Source: Eshraghiella crossota (GTDB taxonomy: Bacteria; Bacillota; Clostridia; Christensenellales; CAG-917). From it: 64,000 nt of DNA. The notes beneath the pieces are model-generated. The model ran no database searches and had not been told where the DNA came from. It was given only the letters and a program-made list of their open reading frames with translations. Below are positions 32,406 through 42,368 of this stretch, piece by piece (position 1 is the first letter of the stretch; every line of letters starts with the position of its first letter). Made by a program: the position numbers and the translations under genes. Location of the stretch: positions 5,394 through 69,393 of the forward strand of contig CAVANK010000001.1 of assembly GCA_963590075.1 (NCBI GenBank). The letters run 5' to 3'.

Positions 32406-34748
32406 TTATTCAGCGGGTTCTTCAACTTTTTTCTTGCGAGTGGTCTTTTTTGCAGGAGCTGCTTCTTCGACTACTTCGTCTTCAAGATTGAGGTTGAGGT
32501 TCTTGAACAAATCACCGAGTGTTGCGGAAGAACTGCCGGAAACCCATTCCTTAGGCTCGTTGGAAGATTCTTTCTTCGCACTGCGACGTTCACGCTTGTT
32601 CTCACCGTCTGCAACTTTTTGCTCGAACTTCTTGACTCTGGAGCTTCTCTTTGCAGCCTTCTCTTCGTCGGATGCTTCTTCTTGTCCGTCGTTTTGAGCG
32701 TTGGTCGCTTCGGGTGCGGGAAGCAATTCCTTGATGGAAAGAGTGATGCGGTTGTCATCGAAACCGATGATCTTTGCTTCGACTTCTTGACCTACGGTCA
32801 ATGCTTCGTTTGCGTCCTTGATCCAGTTGTGAGAAATTTGAGATACGTGTACGAGTCCGTCTACGCCGTCATCGATGGATACGAATGCACCGTAGGGGAA
32901 GATTCTTTCAACTTTGCCCTTGATGACCGTACCGACGGGGAACTTCTCTGCCGCAACTTCGTAAGGTTTCTTTTGGAGTTGTTTGTAGCCGAGAGAAATT
33001 TTGCCCGTTTCTCTATCCATTTTGAGGACTACGAAGTCGTAGCTTTCTCCGATCGTGAGAACGGTGGAAGGATCGGTGATCTTGTTCCAAGAAAGCTCGG
33101 AGATGTGTGCGAGGCAATCGAAACCGCGAACGTTTACGAATGCGCCGAATTGAGTGAATCTCTTAACTTTACCGGTTACGATATCGTGTACGTGGATATT
33201 ATTCCAGAACAAATCTTCTTTCTCTTTCTTCTCTCTTTCGAGGATAATGCGTTGAGATGCGAAGAGGTATCTCGATTTCTTTTGCGGTTTATCTTCCGTT
33301 GCTTCTGCGTTTTCTTCACCCTCTGCAACGGTGTTTTCTTTTTCCTTCGGAGGCATAAGCGTCAAGCGGAGCGTTTTGCCCTTGTAGTCTTCGAGGTTGG
33401 AAACATAGCCCATTCTGATTTGGCTTGCGGGAACGAAAATGGTGTATTGACCAAGTCTTCCTCTCAAACCGCCCTTGACTACTTCCGTCATCGTCAAAGA
33501 GAATTCGCCTTGTGCGAGAGCCTTTTCGGCCTCAGCTTCTTCTTGGCGCACTGCGTCTACGTCTTTCTTGGAGAGAGACACGTACTCTTTGTTGACTGCC
33601 AAAATGGTTGCTTGAACCTCGTCGCCCTCTTTGTAGTCGGCGGGATTGTAGTTGCCGTCCAAAGATGCTTCGCTCTTATCAATAAAACCATCTTTCTTAC
33701 CGCCGATAGCGACGTAAATTCCGTTTTCACCTGCGCTGATAACTTTACCTTTGATGCGTTTGCCAACTTTGTAGTTGGTGTAACCAACGGAGTTTGCAGA
33801 CTTCATAAGGTCAGCCATTGTGGTGGGTTCTTTTTCTTGCTCTTGAAGCGTTGCCTCGTTTTTCACTTCATTCTCTGCTGTTTCGACAGCGTTCTTTTGA
33901 GTTTCACTCATAAGTTTTGTTACCTCCTGTATCAACCACGGCGGAGTTGACGCTCCTGCGACAATCGATACACTTTGAAAATCCTTGAATATATTTTGCA
34001 TTGACAAGACTTCGTTTACGCAAGTTGCGAAATACGTATCGGGATTGACCTCTTTTGCCACCTCGAACAAACGTCTTGTGTTTGCGCTTGTGTGACTTCC
34101 GAGCACCAAAACCGCGTCGGTTTTTTGCGCCGTTGCGCGCGCTTCATCTTGTTTTACTTTTGTAGTATAACAAATCGTATTAAAAGTGACAACTAATTTG
34201 TTGTGATTTTTTTCAAAATTCTTTGTATTTTTCTCGATTTTTTCAAATTTTTCGGGCAAAATCGTAGTTTGGAACAAAATCGAGGTGGATTTATCGCCGA
34301 TCGGTAAGGTTTCATTGTCGCTCACGACCACTGCGTCGTCACCCGCGTAGGACAACACTCCTTGCACCTCGTCGTGATTTTTATCACCTACGATAATCAC
34401 TCGATCGCCCGTGTTTGCCCTCTCCTCGGCAAGTCGTTGATTGCGCTTTACCACGGGACAAGTGGCGTCAAACAACACGACGCCCCTATCTCTCAATTCT
34501 TGCTCTAATTGCTTTGGCACGCCGTGCGCCCTAATAAGCGCAACGTCACCCGCCTTCAAATTTTTAGCCTCGTCGAGAGATATGCAAACCGCGCCTCTTT
34601 CGCGCAAATATTCCGTCACGAGTTCGTTGTGTACTAGTTCTCCCAACGTGAAAATCTTGCCGTGCTTTTCGGCAAGTTCGATTGCGGTATCCACCGCATT
34701 TTTCACGCCTTTACAAAAGCCTGCGTTTTTTGCAAGCACGACTTTCAT
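32406..34748 (-). CDS. ispH: bifunctional 4-hydroxy-3-methylbut-2-enyl diphosphate reductase (IspH/LytB) / ribosomal protein S1-domain protein
   Basis: 780 aa. N-terminal ~280 aa are LytB (GFCKGV, ATCPVV). Four S1 repeats and a basic/acidic tail follow. This fusion architecture is known in Clostridia. Confidence 0.9.
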   Translation of the reverse strand: MKVVLAKNAGFCKGVKNAVDTAIELAEKHGKIFTLGELVHNELVTEYLRERGAVCISLDEAKNLKAGDVALIRAHGVPKQLEQELRDRGVVLFDATCPVVKRNQRLAEERANTGDRVIIVGDKNHDEVQGVLSYAGDDAVVVSDNETLPIGDKSTSILFQTTILPEKFEKIEKNTKNFEKNHNKLVVTFNTICYTTKVKQDEARATAQKTDAVLVLGSHTSANTRRLFEVAKEVNPDTYFATCVNEVLSMQNIFKDFQSVSIVAGASTPPWLIQEVTKLMSETQKNAVETAENEVKNEATLQEQEKEPTTMADLMKSANSVGYTNYKVGKRIKGKVISAGENGIYVAIGGKKDGFIDKSEASLDGNYNPADYKEGDEVQATILAVNKEYVSLSKKDVDAVRQEEAEAEKALAQGEFSLTMTEVVKGGLRGRLGQYTIFVPASQIRMGYVSNLEDYKGKTLRLTLMPPKEKENTVAEGEENAEATEDKPQKKSRYLFASQRIILEREKKEKEDLFWNNIHVHDIVTGKVKRFTQFGAFVNVRGFDCLAHISELSWNKITDPSTVLTIGESYDFVVLKMDRETGKISLGYKQLQKKPYEVAAEKFPVGTVIKGKVERIFPYGAFVSIDDGVDGLVHVSQISHNWIKDANEALTVGQEVEAKIIGFDDNRITLSIKELLPAPEATNAQNDGQEEASDEEKAAKRSSRVKKFEQKVADGENKRERRSAKKESSNEPKEWVSGSSSATLGDLFKNLNLNLEDEVVEEAAPAKKTTRKKKVEEPAE

Positions 34749-34760
34749 ATTTTGCCCTCG

Positions 34761-36200
34761 TTATTTCTTGCTTGGTTTCTTGTTTTCCTTGCCGTACTTC
34801 TTGCTGTGCGCTTCCACGTACTCGTTGCAAAGACGGCGCGTTTCGTCCATTTTTTGACGTATCAATTCGGTTGCATTGTGATTGTCTTCGGGTGTGCGTG
34901 CGCCGTAAAACTCTTCGAGTGTAAACGGTTCGCCCACGTACAACCAATTCTTTCTGAACGTCTTTGGCGAATGATAATAAATCATCGGAACGACGGGAAC
35001 TTTGGTCTTGATTGCAAAGCGTGCCGTGCCCGTTTTGAATTCCGCCATTTCTTGAGTATCTTCTTTGTTGCGTGTGCCTTCGGGGAAAATGAGCAATTGC
35101 TTGCCGTCTTTTAGCACTTTGAGCACTTGTTTGACGGACTCTATATCCGCCTCTCCTCTGCGTACGGGGATTGCGCCCATCTTGTGCAAGAACCACCCCG
35201 CAATCGGATTTTGGAAAAGTTCGTATTTCGCAAGCGCGTGCGCCTCTTTTTTGAACAAAACGAAGTACGGAATGAGTGAATCGAGCTTGGAATAGTGATT
35301 GCAAGTGAACATCGCACCTTTCACTTTCTTTGCGTTCTTTGCGTTGATTACTTTCGTAGGCCAAAAAATCATTTGAATAGGACGCAAAATCACTCTCAAA
35401 AAGCGGTATGTCGCAAAGCTCTTTTCGGGTTTGTAATACGTCTTGATTCTCTCAAGCGTTTTGGGATCCATCTCACTGCTCGGAATAATCGTACTTGCGT
35501 GTTTTTCGGCATTCTGTTCAGCCGTTTCCGCTTTTTTCGTCTTGATGTGAACAACCTCTTTCACATGCGCGACGACGTCCTCGATAGCCATCGAAGTTGT
35601 GTCGACATAGTCGGCGTCGTCCGCCTTTTTGAGCGGTGCTACTTCTCTGTGCGAGTCGTTGTAATCACGTTGTTTTATATCCGCCAAAAGCGTGTCGTAA
35701 TCCACGGTTTCACCCTTTTGCACGAGCTCGGCATAACGTCTGTGCGCGCGCTCTTCGGGCGTTGCGTCGAGATAAAATTTGCAGTTTGCGTTTGGCAAAA
35801 CGAAAGTTCCTATATCTCTTCCGTCCAAAACGACGTCGTGTTTCTCGGCAAAATCGCGTTGCAAATCCACCATTTTGTATCTGACCACGGGCAACGCAGA
35901 GATATCGCTTGCGGCTTTGGACATATAGTGCTCGCGAAGATACGGCGTGGCGTTTATGCCGTTGACGTATATTTGTTGCGCGCCGGTTTCGTCGTATTTT
36001 ATGTCCATTTCAAGCGTTTTGAGCATTTCACCGACTTTTTCTTCGTCTTTTACGTCAATTCCGTTGCTCAAAGCGAGATACGCCGTGGCACGATACATTG
36101 CACCGGTATCGAGATAAATTATGCCAAGGTCTTTTGCCACCGCTTTGGCGATTGTGCTTTTGCCCGCTCCCGCAGGTCCGTCGATTGCGATATTTATCAT
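34761..36200 (-). CDS. cmk: fusion of cytidylate kinase (N-terminal) and 1-acyl-sn-glycerol-3-phosphate acyltransferase-like domain (C-terminal)
   Basis: 479 aa. Cmk P-loop IAIDGPAGAGKST. C-terminal half has LPLAT motifs NHYSKLD and FPEGTRN. Confidence 0.85.
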   Translation of the reverse strand: MINIAIDGPAGAGKSTIAKAVAKDLGIIYLDTGAMYRATAYLALSNGIDVKDEEKVGEMLKTLEMDIKYDETGAQQIYVNGINATPYLREHYMSKAASDISALPVVRYKMVDLQRDFAEKHDVVLDGRDIGTFVLPNANCKFYLDATPEERAHRRYAELVQKGETVDYDTLLADIKQRDYNDSHREVAPLKKADDADYVDTTSMAIEDVVAHVKEVVHIKTKKAETAEQNAEKHASTIIPSSEMDPKTLERIKTYYKPEKSFATYRFLRVILRPIQMIFWPTKVINAKNAKKVKGAMFTCNHYSKLDSLIPYFVLFKKEAHALAKYELFQNPIAGWFLHKMGAIPVRRGEADIESVKQVLKVLKDGKQLLIFPEGTRNKEDTQEMAEFKTGTARFAIKTKVPVVPMIYYHSPKTFRKNWLYVGEPFTLEEFYGARTPEDNHNATELIRQKMDETRRLCNEYVEAHSKKYGKENKKPSKK

Positions 36201-36284
36201 ATTCCCTCCGAAAATCAGATGAGATTTATTTCAGTAGTTTTTAAGCGCGTTATTTAGCGCGTCTTTCGTTTTTTGATATGCCTT

Positions 36285-37511
36285 TTAGCATGTCATATAT
36301 TTTTTCAACGCGTCTTTTGCTGCGCATACGCCCGTAGCGAACGCAAGTTGCAAGTTAAATCCGCCCGTAAGCGCGTCTATATCGATAGTCTCACCCACAA
36401 AATACAACCCCTCGACATCTCTACATTCGCACGTCGGTTTGAGTCCTTTTAGGTCAACTCCGCCCGACGTCACCACCGCTTCCGTAAACGGCGCAAGCGA
36501 AGTCACGTCAAAGGTGAGATTTTTGAGCGTATTCACGAGTTTTGCACGCTCTTCTTTGGTGATTTCGTTCACTTTTTTGCTTTCCGCAATTCCCGCTCTT
36601 TTAAGCACGTAGGAGTTAAGCCTATCGGGCAAAAGCGCGCGAGTCACGTTCTTTATATCTTGGTTTTTGCGCTCTTCAAAATCGCGCAAAATACGTCTAT
36701 CCAGTGTGTTTTTGTCAAGTGCGGGCTTCAAATCGAGCGACAGCGTAACCTTGTTTTTTCTATTCACGTACGATGATATCGTAAGCACGATAGGACCTGA
36801 TATTCCCCGCCTCGTGAACAGCATTTCTCCAAATTCGCTTGCCTCCGTCTTTCCACTCTCGTCGTAAGCGGTAAGTTCCACGTTTTTGAGGGAAATTCCT
36901 TCCAGCATAGACACGTTTTGCGCAAGCAAAAGTCCCGCAAGCGCTTGCTTCGGCTCGACTATATTCAGTCCGAATTCTTTTGCAAACTTGTATCCGTCCC
37001 CCGTCGAACCCGTCGAGGCGTAGCTTATTCCGCCCGTCGCGACTATCACGACGTCGCAATCGATATTGCCGGAAGCCGTAACGACGCAAAATCCGTTATG
37101 CATCTTTTTTATATCCTCAACCTCTCGATTGAGCATAACTTTCACACCGCTTTGGCGCATACCCCATTCCAATGCCTTAATAACGTCGTTGGACTTTTGC
37201 GAGAGCGGAAAAACCCTATTCCCTCTCTCCACGACGAGTTTAAGCCCCAAGTCCTCAAAAAACGCCATAGTGTCTTGCGGTGTAAATCCGTACAGCGACG
37301 AGCGCAAAAATTTCTCCCCGCGCACGATATTTTTGGAAAATTCCTGCATATCGCAATCGTTGGTAACGTTGCATCTGCCTTTGCCCGTAATGTACAGTTT
37401 TTTGCCCGTTTTCTCGTTTTTTTCGAGCAACACGACTTGTGCACCTCCGCGAGCAAGGAAAATCGATGCAATCATACCCGATGCACCAGCGCCTACAACA
37501 CACGCTTTCAT
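36285..37511 (-). CDS. NAD(P)/FAD-dependent oxidoreductase, HI0933/YhiN/BaiN family
   Basis: 408 aa, GAGASG dinucleotide motif, KLYITGKGRCNVTN signature typical of the family. Confidence 0.85.
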   Translation of the reverse strand: MKACVVGAGASGMIASIFLARGGAQVVLLEKNEKTGKKLYITGKGRCNVTNDCDMQEFSKNIVRGEKFLRSSLYGFTPQDTMAFFEDLGLKLVVERGNRVFPLSQKSNDVIKALEWGMRQSGVKVMLNREVEDIKKMHNGFCVVTASGNIDCDVVIVATGGISYASTGSTGDGYKFAKEFGLNIVEPKQALAGLLLAQNVSMLEGISLKNVELTAYDESGKTEASEFGEMLFTRRGISGPIVLTISSYVNRKNKVTLSLDLKPALDKNTLDRRILRDFEERKNQDIKNVTRALLPDRLNSYVLKRAGIAESKKVNEITKEERAKLVNTLKNLTFDVTSLAPFTEAVVTSGGVDLKGLKPTCECRDVEGLYFVGETIDIDALTGGFNLQLAFATGVCAAKDALKKYMTC

Positions 37512-38269
37512 AGCTCGAACTCCGCATTTTTAAGCTCTCCCACCGTTTCGTGGTCGGTTGAGAGCATTTGCACAGGCGTAACCGTGATAAAGCCTCTGTC
37601 GAGTTGATAGCAATCTCCGCCCTTTATCTCGTCATCGTGCTTGTAGGCGTGTCCGTCGACGTAAAATACGTCGCGACCGCTCTCGTCGGGCTTGCTATAA
37701 TATTTTTCGTCGTACGGTTGATACGCCACGGGCGCGATTTTCACGCCTTTTATATCCTCTTTTTTGGCGCAAGGAACGTTGAGATTTATCGTAACGTTTT
37801 CCTTTGCGTAGCTCAAAAGCGTCGTCAAATTCCTTGCGACGAAATCGGCGGTAAACTCGTAATCGCTCACACCGTGAGTGCGCAAAGATACCGCAAGAGA
37901 CGGAATACGATGGAACGTGCCCTCTTGCGCCGCTCCGAACGTGCCCGAGTAAATAATGTCGCTACCGGCGTTTAGGCACGTGTTTATACCCGAAATTACG
38001 GCGTCGATTTTGACGTCTTTCAAGAGGTATTTTACGCCGAAAAGCACGCAATCGGCGGGCGATCCGCTCACTGCATAAGTCCTTACGCCCTCGACGTAGC
38101 CCTTGTCCTCGTACGTGATACCGCTAAAAAAGCTCACCGAGTGCGACGTCCCCGAACGCTCGGACATAGGCGCAACCACGACTATGTCGTGTTCTACGCT
38201 CAATCTCTTTGCCAGAGCGATTATACCGGGTGCAAAATACCCGTCGTCGTTTGAAATCAATATCTTCAT
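37508..38269 (-). CDS. surE: 5'/3'-nucleotidase SurE
   Basis: 253 aa, N-terminal ILISNDDG motif. Confidence 0.92.
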   Translation of the reverse strand: MKILISNDDGYFAPGIIALAKRLSVEHDIVVVAPMSERSGTSHSVSFFSGITYEDKGYVEGVRTYAVSGSPADCVLFGVKYLLKDVKIDAVISGINTCLNAGSDIIYSGTFGAAQEGTFHRIPSLAVSLRTHGVSDYEFTADFVARNLTTLLSYAKENVTINLNVPCAKKEDIKGVKIAPVAYQPYDEKYYSKPDESGRDVFYVDGHAYKHDDEIKGGDCYQLDRGFITVTPVQMLSTDHETVGELKNAEFEL

Positions 38270-38373
38270 TTTTCCACCGATTTATCGCAAAATTTGCGTA
38301 TTTACCGCAAATTCGCATTTATACGAACTATTGCAAAACAATTGCACGATTATTTACCGAATTTTGGCACGAT

Positions 38374-39297
38374 TTATTGAATTTTGTCACACAAATCCAA
38401 CAGATACGCCACTTCCATATCGTTGAGCGGTCTATACGCACCGCGCGCAAGTCCGCCGAGGCGAAGTTCTCCGATAGCGACGCGCTTCAAAAAAACGACT
38501 TTCTTTTCCACCGCCTCGAACATACGGCGTATTTCTCTGTTTTTGCCCTCGAAAATTATCACTTCGAGGCGCGTATAAACGTTGCTCGTATCGTCGGACG
38601 TCTCGATAGCCTCTTTTGCAAGGGTATCTTTGGGATTGATGGTTGCCTTTTTGCTCTCTCCCACCTTTTCGATGCCCGTAATTTTGACTTTGCTTCTTCC
38701 GTATTTCACGCCGTCAACCGTCACGCCTTTGCGGAGCGCGGCAAGGTCGCTTTCGTCAATCGTACCCTCGATTTTGACGACATACGTCTTGGGAATTTCG
38801 CTCGACGGGTGCGTCAATTTGTAGGTAAGATTGCCGTCGTTGGTGAGCAAAAGCAAACCTTCGCTGTCGTAATCCAGTCTTCCGACGGGATAAAGACGCT
38901 TGTTTTTATAATCGTCACCGATATAATCGGTGATTATCTTTCTCGGCTTTGAATGTTCCTTTTGTTCCTCGACGATGCCTTGCTTTGCAAGTTTTTCGGC
39001 ACGGTTCTTGATTTCCTCAAGTTCCGCGTCCGTCTTTTTGCGACCGCTCTTGTTGTCTTTGTCCTCGTTGAGAGTGGTCACGCATCCCTTCGGCTTGTAG
39101 AACAAAAGATAATCGTAGTGCGTCACTCTCACCACTTTTTTGCCGTCGACGTAAACGACGTCTTTGGTTTCGTCAACGTCCGTTCCGACCTCTCTGACGA
39201 CCTTTTTATTGACGCTTACACGTCCTTCTTTCACAAGTTCGTCGGCTTTACGACGAGAGCATACGCCACATTCCGCGAGATATTTGTTTATACGCAT
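38374..39297 (-). CDS. rluB: RsuA/RluB-family pseudouridine synthase with S4 domain
   Basis: S4 N-terminus (RINKYLAECGVCSRRKA), catalytic GRLDYDSEGLLLLTNDG. Start trimmed to 39297 (GGAGAA RBS). A ~40-aa charged insert lies between the S4 domain and the catalytic core. Confidence 0.88.
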   Translation of the reverse strand: MRINKYLAECGVCSRRKADELVKEGRVSVNKKVVREVGTDVDETKDVVYVDGKKVVRVTHYDYLLFYKPKGCVTTLNEDKDNKSGRKKTDAELEEIKNRAEKLAKQGIVEEQKEHSKPRKIITDYIGDDYKNKRLYPVGRLDYDSEGLLLLTNDGNLTYKLTHPSSEIPKTYVVKIEGTIDESDLAALRKGVTVDGVKYGRSKVKITGIEKVGESKKATINPKDTLAKEAIETSDDTSNVYTRLEVIIFEGKNREIRRMFEAVEKKVVFLKRVAIGELRLGGLARGAYRPLNDMEVAYLLDLCDKIQ

Positions 39298-39558
39298 ATT
39301 TTCTCCGCGCGCCCAGACGAGCGCAAATTTACTAAAGCAATTATACATAAAAACTTTATTAGAGGCAAGCAATTGTGCCGAGCAAATATCAAAATAGCAC
39401 AAAAAAAGACGGACAATCCGCCTTTTTGCCAAATCGGTTTATTCGCAGTTTTGCGATATGCAACCTAATCCCTATCGATTTTTCGCATAATTTGCAGTTG
39501 ATTTTTTATCGTTTTTTGCTCATAATCGCACAAATTTTACGTCGAATTTATGCCATTT

Positions 39559-40617
39559 TCAAACGCTTTCCACCACCAATCTTTCGCTTCCGTCCTTTTT
39601 GAGAGGATAGCCCGAATCGTGCCAATTTTCGGTCACGTTTTGCTTTACTTCCACTTTAATTTCCTTTTCACCGCTCGTGAGTATTGCCTTGTCAAACGGA
39701 CACATATAGTAGTTGTCAAAGGCAAAATTGAGCATTCTAATTGTGTCGTTCCACATATCAGAGTGATTTAACACCACGCCGATAACTTGCATACCGTCGC
39801 GCTTTGCACCCGACACAAGACATCTTCCGCTCTTTTTGGTAAATCCCGTTTTTACGCCGTTTGCGCCGTCGTACAAGTGCAACAGTTTGTTTTTGTTGCC
39901 GATATAACGCACCTCGTCGTCAACGGTGATTTTTGCCTTGCTCGTACTTACGATTTTGCAAAATTCCTCGTTTTCGTACGCTTTTGCGCAGATTAGAGCC
40001 AAATCGTACGCCGTCGTATAGTGCATTTCGTCGTGTAAGCCGTGCGGATTTACAAAGTTTGAGCCAACCGCACCGCACTTTTTAGCCGTTTCGTTCATAA
40101 GATCGGCAAAATTTGGAATATTTCCGCTCGTTGCAACGGCAAGCGTTACGGCGGCGTCGTTTCCGCTTCGTAACATAAGTCCGTAAAGCAAATCTCTTAC
40201 GGATATCTTTTGCCCCGCTTGAAGATATATTGACGAGCCTTCAACGCCTTCCGCCTCTTTGGGTACTGTGATTATTTTATCGAGTGGCAACTTTTCAAGT
40301 ACGCACAGGGCAGTAAGCACTTTTGTCGTGCTTGCGGGATAGCACCTCTCATTCATCCCCTCGTCGTATAACACTCTTTTGCTCGACTGTTCGATGACCA
40401 CCGCTCCGCGACTTTGCTTTTTAAGTGGTAGTATTTCTATTTGCTTTGTCGTTTCAATCGTGTCATTTTGCGAAATATTACTCTCGTTTTTGATGTTTTT
40501 TAGAATACTTTTGACGGAAAATTGCGTTTTTGACATTAAAATAGAACTGATTAACGCCATAGTCAAACACACGACACAAACTGCCATTATCAAAATTTTC
40601 TTGGTATTTTCACCCAT
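39559..40617 (-). CDS. D-alanyl-D-alanine carboxypeptidase (S11, PBP5-type)
   Basis: SxxK (ASTTK), SxN (SGND), KTG motifs. N-terminal TM/signal. Start trimmed to 40617 (GAGGG RBS). Confidence 0.85.
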   Translation of the reverse strand: MGENTKKILIMAVCVVCLTMALISSILMSKTQFSVKSILKNIKNESNISQNDTIETTKQIEILPLKKQSRGAVVIEQSSKRVLYDEGMNERCYPASTTKVLTALCVLEKLPLDKIITVPKEAEGVEGSSIYLQAGQKISVRDLLYGLMLRSGNDAAVTLAVATSGNIPNFADLMNETAKKCGAVGSNFVNPHGLHDEMHYTTAYDLALICAKAYENEEFCKIVSTSKAKITVDDEVRYIGNKNKLLHLYDGANGVKTGFTKKSGRCLVSGAKRDGMQVIGVVLNHSDMWNDTIRMLNFAFDNYYMCPFDKAILTSGEKEIKVEVKQNVTENWHDSGYPLKKDGSERLVVESV

Positions 40618-40628
40618 ATTCCGCCCTC

Positions 40629-40970
40629 TCAATCGTCTTTTTTCAAGACGTTTGCAACGCTTTTGGCAAGGTCGAGCCACTTGTTTTCCTCTTCCTTGTC
40701 CACTCTAACAAACTTCTTTTGCGCTCCGCAAATCAAAAATCCGAGCGGGGTTACACTTATGCCTCCACCGCCCACACCCGTGGGTGATTTGAGATTTTTG
40801 CCGTTTTCAACGTCCGCGCTTCCGCCGACGAACCCTATACTTATTTTACTCACGGGCAAAATTATCGTTCCGTCACCGTTCACTATCGGCTTGCCGATAA
40901 TGTCGTTGCTTTGAAGCGATTGTTTGATACTGTCTATCGTTTGTTTCAATACGTCATCGAAGTTTTGCAT
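40629..40970 (-). CDS. ytfJ: sporulation protein YtfJ (GerW family)
   Basis: 113 aa. IIGKPIVNGDGTIILPVSKISIGFVGG and GGGGISVTPLGFLI match the YtfJ pattern. Confidence 0.85.
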   Translation of the reverse strand: MQNFDDVLKQTIDSIKQSLQSNDIIGKPIVNGDGTIILPVSKISIGFVGGSADVENGKNLKSPTGVGGGGISVTPLGFLICGAQKKFVRVDKEEENKWLDLAKSVANVLKKDD

Positions 40971-41451
40971 CTTTTCCCTTTTCTTTTATCAAACGCGCAA
41001 TATTAAGTATTTGCATTATGTTGATTTTGATTTCCACTGCGCAATCGGCGTCAAATCTATCCCCACCGCATTGATATACGCTTATTCCAAGCGGTAGCAA
41101 CGCCAAAATCGCACACAATATTGCGCTGTTTTTTGCGTCGTCAAGCGCAAACAGAGCAATTATATTGTAATATTTGAGCAATTTTTGCTCTCTTGCGTAG
41201 TCGATTGCGCCTTTCACGGCGTCTACGGATATTGAGTTATCTTTTATCTTCGCTTTTTTGCCGTTTATTTGCAAATACGGCTCTTTTGCGAGATTTCCGC
41301 GCAATCTTACGATAGGAATTTTGAGCACGCTCAAATTGAGTTGTAGCGACTTTCTATCAAGCGACGCGTGCGCTTTCACATTGATTTTTATCGGAAAAAG
41401 CACGATCATTAGCACGGCTTCTATCAAGATAACGACAATACCCCACGCCAT
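40954..41451 (-). CDS. DUF2953 (YtfI-like) membrane protein
   Basis: Called from its position upstream of ytfJ, an N-terminal TM and its size. Weak sequence recognition. Start chosen at 41451. Confidence 0.5.
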   Translation of the reverse strand: MAWGIVVILIEAVLMIVLFPIKINVKAHASLDRKSLQLNLSVLKIPIVRLRGNLAKEPYLQINGKKAKIKDNSISVDAVKGAIDYAREQKLLKYYNIIALFALDDAKNSAILCAILALLPLGISVYQCGGDRFDADCAVEIKINIMQILNIARLIKEKGKDAKLR

Positions 41452-41669
41452 ACGTATATATTGTGCAATGCATATGATTTTATTTATAAATATTACAAAA
41501 AACGAATATCTAATGCGCCAAAAAATGCAAATTAGTGCCAATAATTACAACTCAAATCAATCGTAAATATTTATTCAACCGCACCTAATCGTTAAAATTA
41601 TTGTTCGTTTTCGACGAAAAAAAACGACCTTGCAAAAGCAAAGTCGTTATTATATCGTTTTGATTGTTA

Positions 41670-42368
41670 TCAGTCAAACACCTCGAATTGCTCGCCTTCG
41701 AGGAATTCGGGGATTTCGTCGTCCGCAGTATCGTCCACGGTGTCTGCCGCCGCTTCTTCGATGGTATGCTCTTCAACGACGTTTCCGTCCTCGTCCATAA
41801 TGGTTCTGGTATGGAACAAGGTTTCTTGCGTGGGCGCGTTGATAAGCATAAGTTTTTCAAGCACTTCGTCGTAGTCGGGCAATTCTTCGAGGCTTGAAAT
41901 TTGGAATTTCTTCAAAAACTCGTCCGTAGTGCCGTAAAGCAAAGGTCTGCCGACGGTTTCCTTGCGTCCCACCGCTTCGATAAGTCCCGCTTTCAAAAGA
42001 CCGGAAAGCGCGTATTCGGAGTTGACGTTGCTTCTCATTTCGTCCACTTCGAGACGAGTGATAGGTTGTTTATACGCAATCGTCGCAAGCACTTCGAGGA
42101 GCGTTTTGGTGAGCTCCTTTTCGCGCAAAGGCGTCAAAACGTCGGCAACGGTGTCTCCGTACTTGGGATTGGACATAAATTGCAACTTGCCGTTGAACTC
42201 GGCAAGCACGATGCCCGACGTATCGCTATATCTTTTTTGCAAAGATTTCACAATCGAATTGAGCTTTTGCGTGGTAAGTTCAGGCACTTTTTCGCAAATA
42301 TCGCTTTTGAGAATAGGCGAACCGCTCGCAAAGATTATCGCTTCCACAACGTTCTCAATATTTTCCAT
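41670..42368 (-). CDS. scpB: segregation and condensation protein B
   Basis: ScpB winged-helix pattern (VEAIIFASGSPI). Overlaps the scpA stop. Acidic C-terminal extension. Confidence 0.9.
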   Translation of the reverse strand: MENIENVVEAIIFASGSPILKSDICEKVPELTTQKLNSIVKSLQKRYSDTSGIVLAEFNGKLQFMSNPKYGDTVADVLTPLREKELTKTLLEVLATIAYKQPITRLEVDEMRSNVNSEYALSGLLKAGLIEAVGRKETVGRPLLYGTTDEFLKKFQISSLEELPDYDEVLEKLMLINAPTQETLFHTRTIMDEDGNVVEEHTIEEAAADTVDDTADDEIPEFLEGEQFEVFD

